From Myxococcota bacterium (GTDB lineage: Bacteria; Myxococcota_A; UBA796; CAJQPC01): a stretch of DNA of 64,000 nt. This document shows positions 9,909-19,958 of the stretch, in pieces. Numbering within the stretch: position 1 is the first letter of the stretch; every line of letters starts with the position of its first letter. Location of the stretch: NCBI GenBank assembly GCA_036012755.1, contig DASCPX010000014.1, positions 1 through 64,000 on the forward strand, written 5' to 3'. A model generated the notes under the pieces. That model was given only the letters and a program-made list of their open reading frames with translations, searched no databases and was not told the DNA's origin. The position numbers and the translations under genes were made by a program.

Positions 9909-10466
9909 ATGTGGTCCCTCCTCCTGGCGCAAGCTCTTGCAAGCGAGCCGAGTACGGCTGAGCTGTACCGCGTGGCCGAGTCCGATCTGCGCCTCGATCG
10001 GACGGGCATGTGGACCCTCGGAGTGTGGGGCGCGGCCAACGTGGTCGGCGGGACAGCCGGCTTCTTCGCCGCCGAAGAGCCCGTCTGGAAGTGGTTCCAC
10101 GCCTCCAACGCAGCGTGGAACACCGTCAACGTGGCCATCGCGGCGGGGGGTCTCGCCTCCGCGCGGAACCGCGGCGACCCGAGCTGGCCCGGCCTGGTGG
10201 TCGACCTGGAGCGCCAGCGGGCCCTCTACATGCTCATGGCCGGACTCGACACCGCCTACATCGCAACCGGGGCGGCGCTGTGGTCCCGAGGCCGTGCCCT
10301 GGACGACCCCGCGCACATCGGCATCGGCTGGAGCCTCATCGTCCAAGGCAGCTTCCTGCTGGCCTTCGACGTGGGCATGGCCTCGAGCAAGGGGGGGCTG
10401 GCGCGCCGGCTCCACCCATGGGTCTTCGCCGACGGCGAGCAGGTGGCCCTCGGCCTGACGCTGTGA
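9909..10466 (+). CDS. Membrane protein, DUF6992-like
   Basis: GMWTLGVWGAANV, FHASNAAWNTVNVAIA, AGLDTAYIATG, QGSFLLAFD pattern. Confidence 0.7.
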   Translation: MWSLLLAQALASEPSTAELYRVAESDLRLDRTGMWTLGVWGAANVVGGTAGFFAAEEPVWKWFHASNAAWNTVNVAIAAGGLASARNRGDPSWPGLVVDLERQRALYMLMAGLDTAYIATGAALWSRGRALDDPAHIGIGWSLIVQGSFLLAFDVGMASSKGGLARRLHPWVFADGEQVALGLTL

Positions 10467-10939
10467 TCCTGGCCCTGTTGGGCTCGCTGGGTTGTGGTCC
10501 GACCCAGCGACCAGCGGTCGGCGAGGTGGTCGGCCGCACCTACACGGCGCAACAGCTCGGAGCGGCCGTCACCTTCGGCGAGGGCTGGCAGCTCGCGCTG
10601 GCGCCCGAGCACTTTCGGGCCGGGCTGCAAGGCACCCTGCTGGAGGCGCGCCACGGGGAGCTCGTCGCGGTCCTGACCTTTCACGCCCTGCCTGATCTCG
10701 GCGTGCTCGCGGAGACCTCCGCGCTGGACTTGCTCCCGGTGCTCCACCCCATCGTGGACAGCGGTGACGACTACCGCTTCGAGCGCATCCCCCGGTGCGG
10801 TGGTGCGGTCGAGCGACGGGCCGGAGACTGGACCCACGTCGCTGTCCGGACCCAAACCGGCCTCATCGAGTGGCAGGCCTTCGGCGGGGACGTCGAGCCA
10901 CTCCGGCGCCTGGCCTGCGACAACACGCGGCTGTTGTGA
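10463..10939 (+). CDS. Hypothetical lipoprotein
   Basis: GTGA overlap; MILALLGSLGC lipobox. Confidence 0.65.
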   Translation: MILALLGSLGCGPTQRPAVGEVVGRTYTAQQLGAAVTFGEGWQLALAPEHFRAGLQGTLLEARHGELVAVLTFHALPDLGVLAETSALDLLPVLHPIVDSGDDYRFERIPRCGGAVERRAGDWTHVAVRTQTGLIEWQAFGGDVEPLRRLACDNTRLL

Positions 10940-12471
10940 ACCGGCTCGCCTCCTTCTTCGAGGTGCTCGGCGCCGCCCTCTTGATCGGCGTGACGCTGGG
11001 CTTGGTCGAGGGCCTCGTGGCGACCCCTCAGATCGGCGAGCCGCTCGTCGGTCGCCTGCTCGGCGTTGGCCTGATCGATGTCCTGGTCCTCGGCCTGATC
11101 GGGTGCCTGGCCGGAGTCGTCGCGGCGCTGTTGCCGAGACGGCGCGCGGTCGGGACCTGGGCCCGTGTAGCTGCGCTCCTGCCGCTGGTCGTGGCGGGTC
11201 TGATCGCCTTCGGCGTGGCCCAGAACCGCTCCACCCTGGACGCCGAGCTGGAGGGCTCCCTGACCCACGAGCAGCCCCTTCCACGCCTCGTGTCAGAGGA
11301 CGGAGGCGCCATCGTGCTGATCACCCTCGACACCCTGCGGCCTGATGCTCTGGAGAGCATGCCGCGCCTGGCAGCCCGAACGGCGAGCGCCCGGCGCTAC
11401 CAACGAGCCCACTCCAACGCCCCCTGGACGCTGCCGGCGATGGCCTCGCTCCAGACCGGCGTGAGCGTGCACGAGCACGGCGCCGGGGCACGGGTGCCGG
11501 GCCAGGGCAACCACGTGCGAGCCCCGATGGACGACTCGCTGGACACCCTCGCCACGAAGCTCGCGGACCGGGGCTACGTGAGCGCCGCCATCGTGACGAA
11601 CCCCTACCTCGGCGTGCGCTACGGCTTCCACGAAGGCTTCGACCGCTTCCACGACCTCGCCCGGCGCTCCCAGCTGAACCTCGCCCTGCGCCGCACCTTC
11701 CTGCTCCGCCTGGTGCTGGAGCCCTTCCTGGACACCGCCGCCGCGACCACGGAGCTGGCCCTCGATCAGTGGCCGCAGATGTCTGCCGGGCGAAGCCTGC
11801 TCTGGGTCCACTACATCGACGCCCACGCGCCCTACCACGCTGACGGCTGGGTGCCGGGCACCCCATGCGAGCTCCCCTCCTGCTTCGAGGACTGGGCCGC
11901 GGTGCGCAAGGGCGCCGAGGTCGAGGACCGCGAGCGGGTCCGTGCCCTCTACGAAGAGGACCTCGCGCGGCTGGACTCCGCGGTCGACGCGCTGCTCGAA
12001 GAGGTCATCGCCGACGGGGTGCTGGTGGTCCTCACCGCCGACCACGGCGAGGAGTTCTGGGACCACGGGGGCGTCGAGCACGGCAACGGCTTCCACGAAG
12101 AGGTCGTCCGGGTGCCGCTCTTCGTCTGGGGAGCCGGCGAGGGAGCCGTGGACCGTCACGTCGACCTCGTGGGAGTGCACGGGGCGCTGCTGTCCTGGGC
12201 CGACCGGCGAGACCTCGGACCGCTCGAGCCAGGGGGCCCCGACGCCATGACCCCGATGGCATCCCTGCTCTTCGGTGAGGAGGCCAGCGCCTGCACCGAC
12301 GGCCACACGAAGTGGCTCGCAGAGGGCCGCTACGACCTCGACGAAGACCCGGGGGAGCACGACCTGCTCGCACCAGAGGCCGTGGCCTGTCTCCCGGGGC
12401 CGCTTCCCGCCTACGAAGGCGAGCTGGGTGACGACCTCTCTGTGCTGCGGAGTCTGGGCTATGTCGAGTAA
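10936..12471 (+). CDS. Membrane-anchored sulfatase-family protein
   Basis: Three N-terminal TM helices; ITLDTLRPD, APWTLPAMASLQTG, HYIDAHAPY, TADHGEEF, C-terminal LRSLGYVE. Confidence 0.85.
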   Translation: MNRLASFFEVLGAALLIGVTLGLVEGLVATPQIGEPLVGRLLGVGLIDVLVLGLIGCLAGVVAALLPRRRAVGTWARVAALLPLVVAGLIAFGVAQNRSTLDAELEGSLTHEQPLPRLVSEDGGAIVLITLDTLRPDALESMPRLAARTASARRYQRAHSNAPWTLPAMASLQTGVSVHEHGAGARVPGQGNHVRAPMDDSLDTLATKLADRGYVSAAIVTNPYLGVRYGFHEGFDRFHDLARRSQLNLALRRTFLLRLVLEPFLDTAAATTELALDQWPQMSAGRSLLWVHYIDAHAPYHADGWVPGTPCELPSCFEDWAAVRKGAEVEDRERVRALYEEDLARLDSAVDALLEEVIADGVLVVLTADHGEEFWDHGGVEHGNGFHEEVVRVPLFVWGAGEGAVDRHVDLVGVHGALLSWADRRDLGPLEPGGPDAMTPMASLLFGEEASACTDGHTKWLAEGRYDLDEDPGEHDLLAPEAVACLPGPLPAYEGELGDDLSVLRSLGYVE

Positions 12472-12478
12472 TCGACGC

Positions 12479-12555
12479 GAACGTGATTCCAGCCGCTTAG
12501 GTCCGCATGCTGGGTCCGAAGACGGCCCGAAACGGCCCACGCGGGGAACACGTTC
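12479..12555. repeat. Long imperfect inverted repeat just after the sulfatase stop
   Basis: GAACGTG-a-TTCC-ag-CCGC ... GCGG-GGAA-CACGTTC. Confidence 0.55.
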
Positions 12556-12651
12556 CCGGATTCTCGGGGGTCTTCCTGAGTCCCACTTCGGCGCTTCTCG
12601 CCTCAGCTGGGGGTCGCTCCGCCGAGTTGGGAGGGGGTCTGGAAGGGGACC

Positions 12652-12981
12652 GTGGACCTGGAAGTCGTCGAGTCGGGCTTCGCCGTCAACGAGGACAGCT
12701 GCGTGTTGGTGTTGGACATCACGATCGACCTCGAAGCATCACCAGCCATCCGGGGGTCCGGAGACTGTGTGCTGCCTGTTCTCGGGACATCGGTGCCTGC
12801 GGTCCTGGAAGCAGGGCTCGACGCTTCCGGACGTGCAACGGCTCCTCCTCCAGCTGAGCCTCGTGTGCTTGTGGTCACACGCCGACGTGGTTGGTCGTAC
12901 GTCATCGTCTGGAGGTGCCCGTGCTTCTTTGGCGATGTGCTGGGGCGGCAGTCGGTGTCGATCGCGTCTCCCATGACGTAG
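12652..12981 (+). pseudogene. Probable gene remnant
   Basis: First half is protein-like (DSCVLVLDITIDLE...GSGDCVLPVLG..LEAGLDASGRAT), then degenerates. Confidence 0.3.
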
Positions 12982-13009
12982 AGGCCGCTGCCGCATCTGT
13001 GACCAGTCG

Positions 13010-13870
13010 ATGAGGATGTGGCTCGTCCTGGCTTGTCAGGTCCCCAACGATACAGCGGGCGATGGCGAACCCGTCGATCCTGAGGCGGGGGTGCGCGAAG
13101 ACTCAGCCTCCGACAGTGAATACTGTGACCGGCCTGACAGGACCACATGGCCAAGCACGTTGACGTGGCCGGATGACACAGGCGTCTGCGATTCGGGCGG
13201 GTCTCTCTTCGTCGAGGGTCAGCTGCATGTCCGGGATGTCGCAGACCTCGGGGATCTGGGTTGCCTGTGCGAAGTCGAACAAGACGCATGGTTCGATGGG
13301 GTGTCCGGGACCGATCTGACCGGACTCGAACACCTGCGCTCGACCGGGCAGGACCTGATGGTCACCGGCTCTTCGCTGGATTCCCTGTCGGGACTCGACT
13401 CTGTCGTCGAGGTGCGGTCGGTCTTCATCGAAGGCTCTACGATGGTCGACCTGACGGGTCTGAGCGGTCTCAGCACAGTCGACGAGCTGTCGATCATGAA
13501 CTCCGATGTGAGGGACCTGATCCCCCCCAACGACACCATGGTCTTCAACATGAGCCTGGTCACCTGCGCGCCCGAGGAGCTTGGCGGGGACTCGGAGATC
13601 GGGGTGGAGGTGAGCTGGAAGGACGCGGAGACCTTCGCGGACGAGCAGCTCCGGAAGAGCTGGACCTTCGCCGAGATGAGCGCTGGTGACACGGCGTTGT
13701 TGACCAAGGGCGAGGCGATCTACGGCTACGCCGAGGCGATGAAGGCCGAGCGAGGCCAGACCAGCCGCGTGAGCCGTGAGGAAGCCCTGGAGATCCTGGG
13801 CGAGGCCGAGCGCCAGAACGAAGGCGGCGTGGACCTCATCGAGATCCGGCGGGTGCTCGAAGCGCTCTGA
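13010..13870 (+). CDS. Lipoprotein, apparently a chimera of an LRR/receptor-L-like N-half and an unrelated C-half
   Basis: LVLAC lipobox; repeats DLTGLEHL, SLSGLDSV, DLTGLSGL; abrupt switch near 13515 to IPPNDTMVFNM...KGEAIYGYAEAM with higher GC3. Confidence 0.6.
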   Translation: MRMWLVLACQVPNDTAGDGEPVDPEAGVREDSASDSEYCDRPDRTTWPSTLTWPDDTGVCDSGGSLFVEGQLHVRDVADLGDLGCLCEVEQDAWFDGVSGTDLTGLEHLRSTGQDLMVTGSSLDSLSGLDSVVEVRSVFIEGSTMVDLTGLSGLSTVDELSIMNSDVRDLIPPNDTMVFNMSLVTCAPEELGGDSEIGVEVSWKDAETFADEQLRKSWTFAEMSAGDTALLTKGEAIYGYAEAMKAERGQTSRVSREEALEILGEAERQNEGGVDLIEIRRVLEAL

Positions 13871-13876
13871 GCGCAG

Positions 13877-14269
13877 CTACTGATTCACACCTCGACCTGC
13901 ACGACCTCGACGCCCCGGGCCATCGAGCTCGACGTTTGGGCTCCGAAGGCTCAGCGTCCTGACCTTCGACGCCGCGAGCCCGGAGAGCTTCGGGCACGGA
14001 GATCCGTGGATCGCCAGCGCCTTCAGGCTCGGGTACCGCGACACATCGAGCGCCCGAGCGGTGCTGGAGTCGAGGGACAGCGTCTCGAGGGAGTCGCAGC
14101 CGGGGAGATCATCGATGGAGACGTCGTGGAAGACCAGCCTGGTCAGCGCCGGGAGGGTCTCTCCGACGACCAGGGCCGAGGCGTTGCTCACCTGCAGATC
14201 CCGCAGCTCCGTGAGCCCCTCTACGGTGCCGAGGTCCACCACGCTCTTGGTGACCCCGCCCCACTCCCT
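13877..14269 (-). pseudogene. Leucine-rich repeat fragment
   Basis: GLTELRDLQV, LPALTRLVF, SLETLSL, PSLKALAI; bounded by an upstream in-frame stop, no convincing start. Confidence 0.5.
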
Positions 14270-14362
14270 TCAAGCTGCCGTTTCGTTCGCTCATGGTTTT
14301 GAACTCCTCGACGGAATACGTATGAGGGCTGAATTGACTTGCCCTGAATCTGGAGGCCCTCG

Positions 14363-14923
14363 ATGGCCCTGAATCCCGACACACCCGCGCCCCCCGTCGA
14401 TGTCCCCGGCGACGGCGACCTCTTCGTGAAGATCGAGACGAGCATGGGTGACCTCGTCATCAAGCTCCACGAGGCCGAGGCGCCTCGCACGGTCGCGAAC
14501 TTCTGGGCACTGGCAACCGGTAACGTCGAGTGGACCGATCCGGCCGGCGGGAAGACCTCTCGCTCCCTGTACCAGGGCGGGATCTTCCACCGCGTCATCC
14601 CCGAGTTCATGATCCAGGCAGGCTGCCCGCAGGGCTCCGGTCGCAGCGGCCCCGGATACCGCTTCGACGACGAGATCCACCCGAGCCTCCGGCACGACAA
14701 GGGCGGCGTCGTCTCCATGGCCAACGCCGGCCCCAAGACCAACGGCTCACAGATCTTCCTCACAGAGGTCGCGACCCGCTGGCTCGACGGCAAGCACACC
14801 GTGTTCGGACAGGTGACCAAGGGAATCGAGGTCATCAAGCAGATCGCGCGCGTCCATCGCGACCACAACGACAAGCCCTTCGAGCCCATCACGCTGGACA
14901 CCTTCACGTTCTACCGAGAGTAG
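14363..14923 (+). CDS. Cyclophilin-type peptidyl-prolyl cis-trans isomerase
   Basis: APRTVANF, FHRVIPEFMIQAG, SMANAGPKTNGSQIF, WLDGKHTVFG; GGAGG Shine-Dalgarno. Confidence 0.97.
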   Translation: MALNPDTPAPPVDVPGDGDLFVKIETSMGDLVIKLHEAEAPRTVANFWALATGNVEWTDPAGGKTSRSLYQGGIFHRVIPEFMIQAGCPQGSGRSGPGYRFDDEIHPSLRHDKGGVVSMANAGPKTNGSQIFLTEVATRWLDGKHTVFGQVTKGIEVIKQIARVHRDHNDKPFEPITLDTFTFYRE

Positions 14924-15100
14924 GTCGGTGCAGCGAGACGGGGGTTCTGACTGGAACCTCCGGATTGCGCGCCCCGAGTCGTTCGGTGAATCAGGGGACC
15001 GCCTCGAGCGGCGCTCGGCGACCGCGGCACCACGCCGCACCGGGGAAGGCGACGCTGGCGTCACCACCACCTCGCCAGGCAGGCCCCGAAAGCGACGGGA

Positions 15101-15148
15101 TGTTGCGTATCGGCCTGGGTTCTCCGGAACCCCCGGAGATGTGCAACA
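15101..15148. repeat. Long hairpin / imperfect palindrome
   Basis: TGTTGCGTATC pairs with GATGTGCAACA (2 G-U wobbles); inner GGGTTC-tccg-GAACCC is perfect. Confidence 0.6.
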
Positions 15149-15341
15149 AGACGTGCTTGCACGCCGCCGAGGAGAGAGGTCGGGCGCGCGCTGCCGGAGG
15201 TCCGCCTCGGGCGTGCAACCCAGATGGGACATCGGCGCTGGACAGTCGGTACGTCCTGTCCGCGGAGTTCACGTCACCGGGACGGGCGGGGGACGCTCAC
15301 GCCTTCGACGTGCGCCTCGAGTGGATCCCGGGGGAATGCGC

Positions 15342-15734
15342 ATGAGCGCCGGCCTGGCGGTGCTCATGCTCGCCTGCGGTCCGTTCCCGGAACAACGGTC
15401 CGATCTCCACGGGGTGTGGAGCGATGGCGGCGGCTCGTGGTTCTTCGGGGAGGCCGAGTTCGAGGTGGAGCCCGACTTGGTGGGCTCGGCAGTCGAGGTC
15501 GACGACGGGCCGTACAACTGGGCGTTCGAGTGGACCGGGACCTACAATGTCGACGGGCGGCACGTCATGATCGATGTCCTCGATGACCCCTACTACGACC
15601 TGGAGGAGCGTGGCACGGCGAGAAACCGCGTCATGGAGTGGGTCCCCGCCCAGCGGCTCGTGCTCGAGCTCGACCCGGATGTCTTCACCAGCGCGACGAT
15701 CGAGCTGACCTACGCCGGGTCCCTCGACGAGTAG
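15342..15734 (+). CDS. Hypothetical lipoprotein
   Basis: MSAGLAVLMLAC lipobox; beta-rich mature part starting LHGVWS. Confidence 0.65.
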   Translation: MSAGLAVLMLACGPFPEQRSDLHGVWSDGGGSWFFGEAEFEVEPDLVGSAVEVDDGPYNWAFEWTGTYNVDGRHVMIDVLDDPYYDLEERGTARNRVMEWVPAQRLVLELDPDVFTSATIELTYAGSLDE

Positions 15735-15782
15735 GAACGGCGCGGGCATTCGATCAAGACCCCCGTGTACTAGACTCGGCCC

Positions 15783-18197
15783 ATGCTCCTGATCTCAACG
15801 GCCGCCGCCGCGACGCTGTCCGTCCCGGGCGACCATGACGACCTCGCCTCGGCGGTGGAGGCGGCCGAATCCGGCGACACGATCGAGCTCGCCGCCGGCA
15901 GCCATGACGGCTCGGTCGAGATCACCATCGACCTGGAGATCGTCGGGGCCGGCTCCAGCAGCACCACGCTGTCCGGCGACGACGACGCCGTCCTCTCCGT
16001 CGACGATGCGACCGTCACGCTCTCCGGCGTGGCCATCGAAGCAGGCGGCACCAGGGCGATCGAGGCCACCAACGCCACCCTGGACCTCTCCGACGTCTCG
16101 TTCTCAGCGGCCGCCAACGCTGGCCACGGTGGCGCGGTCTACCTGCTCAGCTCGACGGTGGACATCGACGACTGCAGCTTCAACGACAGCGACGTCGAGG
16201 AGTACAACGGCGGCCACGTCTACGCCTATGGGTCCACCATCACCATCACCGGGTCCAGCTTCAGCGCCGGACGCGGAGAGAAGGGCGGTGCGATCTACGC
16301 CTACACGAGCGACCTCTACGTCGAGGACAGCGACTTCACGGGGAACCAGGCCGACATCGGCGACGCGACCGGGCGAGGCGGAGCGATCCGCGCAGAGAAC
16401 GGCAGCACGACCATCGTCGGCTGCGACTTCGCCTTCAACAGCTGCGAAGAGGGCTTCGGCGGTGCCGTCAGCACCTTCGCGAGCGACCTCATCATCAGCG
16501 ACTCCAGCTTCGTGTCCAACTCGGTGACCACCTACTACGGCGGCGCCCTGGCCATCTGGGACACCGACGCGACCATCACGACCTCGACCTTCGAGGGGAA
16601 CTCGGCCGATCGGGTCTCCGACGACGACCTCGCCACCGGCGGCGCCATCGTCTTCGTCGGCACAGAGGCCGGGACCCTGTCTGTCCAGAGCTCGGTCTTC
16701 GTCTCCAACACCGCGGACGGCTACGGGGGCGGAGTGCGCTTCTACGCCGGGGACGGCGTCTTCGACAGCGTGGCCTTCGAGGGCAACATCGGCGGCTCCG
16801 GTGGGGCGCTGTACAGCTCCTCGACGGAGAGCCTGACCGTGCAGGACTCCAGCTTCAACGGGAACATCTCGGCAGCCAACGGCGGCGGGATCCGCTGGCG
16901 GCCCGTGGACGACGGGGCAGCCCTCGAGATCTCCGGGAGCAACTTCTCCAACAACACCGCCGAGTCCTTCGGCGGCGCCATCTACGGCTACGGCGGCGGC
17001 AGCTGGTCCATCGAGGACTCCACCTTCCTCGACAACGAGGGCGGCACCGGCGGCGCCGTGATGACCTTCGACATCGACGACGTCAGCTACGTGAACAACC
17101 GCTTCTGTGGCAACGAGGCGAAGGGCTCCGAGACCATGAGCGACGGGGGCGCCATCGTCGACTACCAGTCCGGGGGCGAAGGACACGTCATCGCCAACAA
17201 CGTCTTCGCGGAGAACATCGCCGCGGTCTGGGGAGGCGCGGTCAACCTCTTCGACGGCGGCGACGCCACGGTGGTGAACAACCACTTCCTCGCCAACGAA
17301 GCCACCGAGGGCGGGTCCGGACTGGCGGTCCGCGCGAACACGACGGAGGTCGTGAACAACCTCTTCGCCTGGCACCCGGTCGCCCCCGCCCTCGACAGCG
17401 ACGAGGACCCGGAGCTCAGCGGCAGCCACAACGCCTGGTACGAGAACGACATCGCCGCCGACGAGTGGTCATTCGACCGGACCTCTGACGAGGCCGTGCT
17501 CTCGGACCCCCTCCTGGAGGACTGGATCCCGGGTGACGGCTGCGGGGGCGCGATGTTCCCCTCGGCGACGAGCCCGTTGATCGACGCGGGAGACCCGGAC
17601 ATCGAGGACCCGGACGGCTCCCGGAGCGACATCGGGGCCTTCGGAGGCCCAGAGGCCGACCCGGATGTCTGGACCGACGAGGACGGGGACGGCTGGACCG
17701 CCGCCTACGACTGCGATGACACCGACGACGAGGTCCACCCAGAGGCGGAAGAGGTCCCCTACGACGGCACAGACCAGGACTGCGACGGCGAGGATCTCGT
17801 CGACATCGACGGCGATGGCTACGAGGGCGGCGAGGGTGATGACTGCGACGACGAGGACGCCACCGTCCATCCTGGCGCGGACGACGCCTGGTACGACGGC
17901 GTCGACTCTGACTGCAACGGCAACGACGACTTCGACGCCGACTCCGACGGCTACGCAGCGACCCCCGACGGCGACGACTGCAACGACCAGGACGCCGAGG
18001 TGAACCCCGGGGCGACCGAGACCCCCGACGACGGCGTCGACTCCGACTGCGACGGCGAGGACGGCACCGAGGAGATCCCTCCTGGCGACAAACCCGATGG
18101 TCGCTCATGCGGCTGCGCGTCCGTCCCCCCGGCTGCCCTCTGGCTCCTTCCCTTGCTCGCCGTCTGGCGCCGCCGAAGCCGCGCCCTGATGAACTGA
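15783..18197 (+). CDS. Surface protein: parallel beta-helix (Pmp-like GGAI/FxxN repeats), 3 putative metal-binding motifs and a MYXO-CTERM-like tail
   Basis: Many GGAI/GGAV and FxxN repeats; three DCDD...HPGA.E...DG.D.DC.G units; ends CGCASVPPAALWLLPLLAVWRRR. Confidence 0.9.
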   Translation: MLLISTAAAATLSVPGDHDDLASAVEAAESGDTIELAAGSHDGSVEITIDLEIVGAGSSSTTLSGDDDAVLSVDDATVTLSGVAIEAGGTRAIEATNATLDLSDVSFSAAANAGHGGAVYLLSSTVDIDDCSFNDSDVEEYNGGHVYAYGSTITITGSSFSAGRGEKGGAIYAYTSDLYVEDSDFTGNQADIGDATGRGGAIRAENGSTTIVGCDFAFNSCEEGFGGAVSTFASDLIISDSSFVSNSVTTYYGGALAIWDTDATITTSTFEGNSADRVSDDDLATGGAIVFVGTEAGTLSVQSSVFVSNTADGYGGGVRFYAGDGVFDSVAFEGNIGGSGGALYSSSTESLTVQDSSFNGNISAANGGGIRWRPVDDGAALEISGSNFSNNTAESFGGAIYGYGGGSWSIEDSTFLDNEGGTGGAVMTFDIDDVSYVNNRFCGNEAKGSETMSDGGAIVDYQSGGEGHVIANNVFAENIAAVWGGAVNLFDGGDATVVNNHFLANEATEGGSGLAVRANTTEVVNNLFAWHPVAPALDSDEDPELSGSHNAWYENDIAADEWSFDRTSDEAVLSDPLLEDWIPGDGCGGAMFPSATSPLIDAGDPDIEDPDGSRSDIGAFGGPEADPDVWTDEDGDGWTAAYDCDDTDDEVHPEAEEVPYDGTDQDCDGEDLVDIDGDGYEGGEGDDCDDEDATVHPGADDAWYDGVDSDCNGNDDFDADSDGYAATPDGDDCNDQDAEVNPGATETPDDGVDSDCDGEDGTEEIPPGDKPDGRSCGCASVPPAALWLLPLLAVWRRRSRALMN

Positions 18198-18242
18198 TCC
18201 ACTCGGACAGATTCAGGCCCACCACCCGGTGATGGTGGAGCC

Positions 18243-19196
18243 ATGAAGATCCTCCACCTCACCGACACCCACCTCGGCAACCACCTGCGAGTGAAGGGGG
18301 CTCCAGAGGGGTGGACGCGAGGGCTGGACCACGAGGCGGCGCTCGCTCGCGCGCTGGAGCCTGCGATGCGAGAGGAGGTCGACCTCGTCATCCACACGGG
18401 AGATGTCTTCAACCGCTCCCGTCCGGACCCCGACGCGATGCGGGGCGCGGCGCGGCTGCTGTCACGCGCCGCCAAGCGGGTGCCGATCGCCCTCATCGCG
18501 GGGAACCACGACCGCGGGGGTATCGTCAAGAGCCTCCCTTTTCGCGCCCCGAACCTGTGGGTCTGCGACCGACCCCAGAGGCTGGAGATCGCAGGCGTGG
18601 CCTTGGCGCTCGTGCCCTACCAGCGCCGCGCCGAGCGCTGGAAACGCGCCTCGCGTATCGCCTGTGGCAAGGGCGTCGACCTGCTCGTCACCCACCAGGC
18701 CTTCGAAGGAGCCATCGTGCCCGGGCTGGTCTTCCGGGACGAGCCCGACACCATCCGCGAGCGCCACCTGCCCGGCGGTGTCCGCCACATCCTCTGCGGG
18801 CACATCCACCCCCGCCAGGTCACCCCGGTCGGAGAGGCCCTCGTCGTCCAGCCAGGAGCCACGGAGCGCACCCTGTTCAGCGAGGCGAACGAGCCCAAGG
18901 GCACGGTGATCTGGGACCTCGGCCGTGACATCACCTTCCGCTTCGTAGACCACGCGACCAGGCCGATGCACGTCCTGCACCATCGACACGAGCTCCGTGA
19001 GCTGGAGCCGGGGACGCTGGTGCGCCTGAGAGGAGGCGCCACCGAAGAAGAGGTGCTCGAGGCCGGCGCCTGGCTGGTGGAGTCCAGCCAGCATCCACAC
19101 CTGGCGCGAGAACCCGCCGCTCAGCTGCCCTTGTTCACGCGGCGTAGCCGAGCCGCTGGAGGAGGTCTCCGCAGCTGGCCAGGGCGGGGTCCCTGA
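18243..19196 (+). CDS. Metallophosphoesterase, SbcD/Mre11-like nuclease subunit
   Basis: MKILHLTDTHLG, TGDVFN, AGNHD, CGHIH, EPKG motifs. Confidence 0.85.
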   Translation: MKILHLTDTHLGNHLRVKGAPEGWTRGLDHEAALARALEPAMREEVDLVIHTGDVFNRSRPDPDAMRGAARLLSRAAKRVPIALIAGNHDRGGIVKSLPFRAPNLWVCDRPQRLEIAGVALALVPYQRRAERWKRASRIACGKGVDLLVTHQAFEGAIVPGLVFRDEPDTIRERHLPGGVRHILCGHIHPRQVTPVGEALVVQPGATERTLFSEANEPKGTVIWDLGRDITFRFVDHATRPMHVLHHRHELRELEPGTLVRLRGGATEEEVLEAGAWLVESSQHPHLAREPAAQLPLFTRRSRAAGGGLRSWPGRGP

Positions 19197-19223
19197 ACAG
19201 GTCCTCTTGGCGCACGTGGTCGG

Positions 19224-19955
19224 TCAGAGACCCATGCGCTCGAGGTCCTCTGGCTTCACGAGCTCCCGCGTGAGGTAGGCCTCGACCTCCTCCTTCCGAG
19301 CCACGCCCGCGAGCATCCGGTAGGCGAGGAAGAGACCCCCGAGGAGCAAGGCGAAGGCGCCGCCCGTGGCAAGCGCCACGCTGGCCCGGCGCCGACCCTG
19401 GGGAATGACCTCGCCGACCAGACCGCCCGCCGCACTGATGCGCGGATCAGCGACCACATACAGCGGCTGCCGCCCGATCGAGGCCCTGCCCAGGCTGCGA
19501 TCGAGGGCCTGCCTCTCTCTCACGCCGACGTCGGCCTGGGCGTAGTGCCGGAGGTGCTTCTGCACCCCCAGGGCGTCACCGGGTTCGAAGAAGAAGCCCT
19601 CGAAGGTCACCCGCTGTAGCCTCGAGTTCGCCACGATCGGCGCCGCAAGCTGCTCTTCGCTCGCGGGCTGGCGGATCTCCAGCACCACGACGTCGTCGAG
19701 CCAGACGTCCTCGATCTGGATCGCGGTGATGCGGCCCTCGTCGTCCAGCACCGTCGTCGTCGTCCCAGGGGTGGCGTCGAGGACCTCTGAACCAGCGGGC
19801 AGGGGCGCAGCCAGCTCCAGGTAGAGGGAGTCGCCCTTGCCCTCGAGCACGAGGTCCGAGCGCCACTCGATGGTGTCACCCGTCCATGTTCCGTGGTGGC
19901 CGGCGTCGAGGACGGAGACCTCCGCCTGTGCCAGGCCTATCAGGAGCGCCAGCAC
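19224..19955 (-). CDS. Hypothetical secreted protein with C-terminal TM anchor
   Basis: MLALLIGLAQA signal; TM helix near the C-terminus. Confidence 0.7.
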   Translation of the reverse strand: MLALLIGLAQAEVSVLDAGHHGTWTGDTIEWRSDLVLEGKGDSLYLELAAPLPAGSEVLDATPGTTTTVLDDEGRITAIQIEDVWLDDVVVLEIRQPASEEQLAAPIVANSRLQRVTFEGFFFEPGDALGVQKHLRHYAQADVGVRERQALDRSLGRASIGRQPLYVVADPRISAAGGLVGEVIPQGRRRASVALATGGAFALLLGGLFLAYRMLAGVARKEEVEAYLTRELVKPEDLERMGL

Positions 19956-19958
19956 CGC

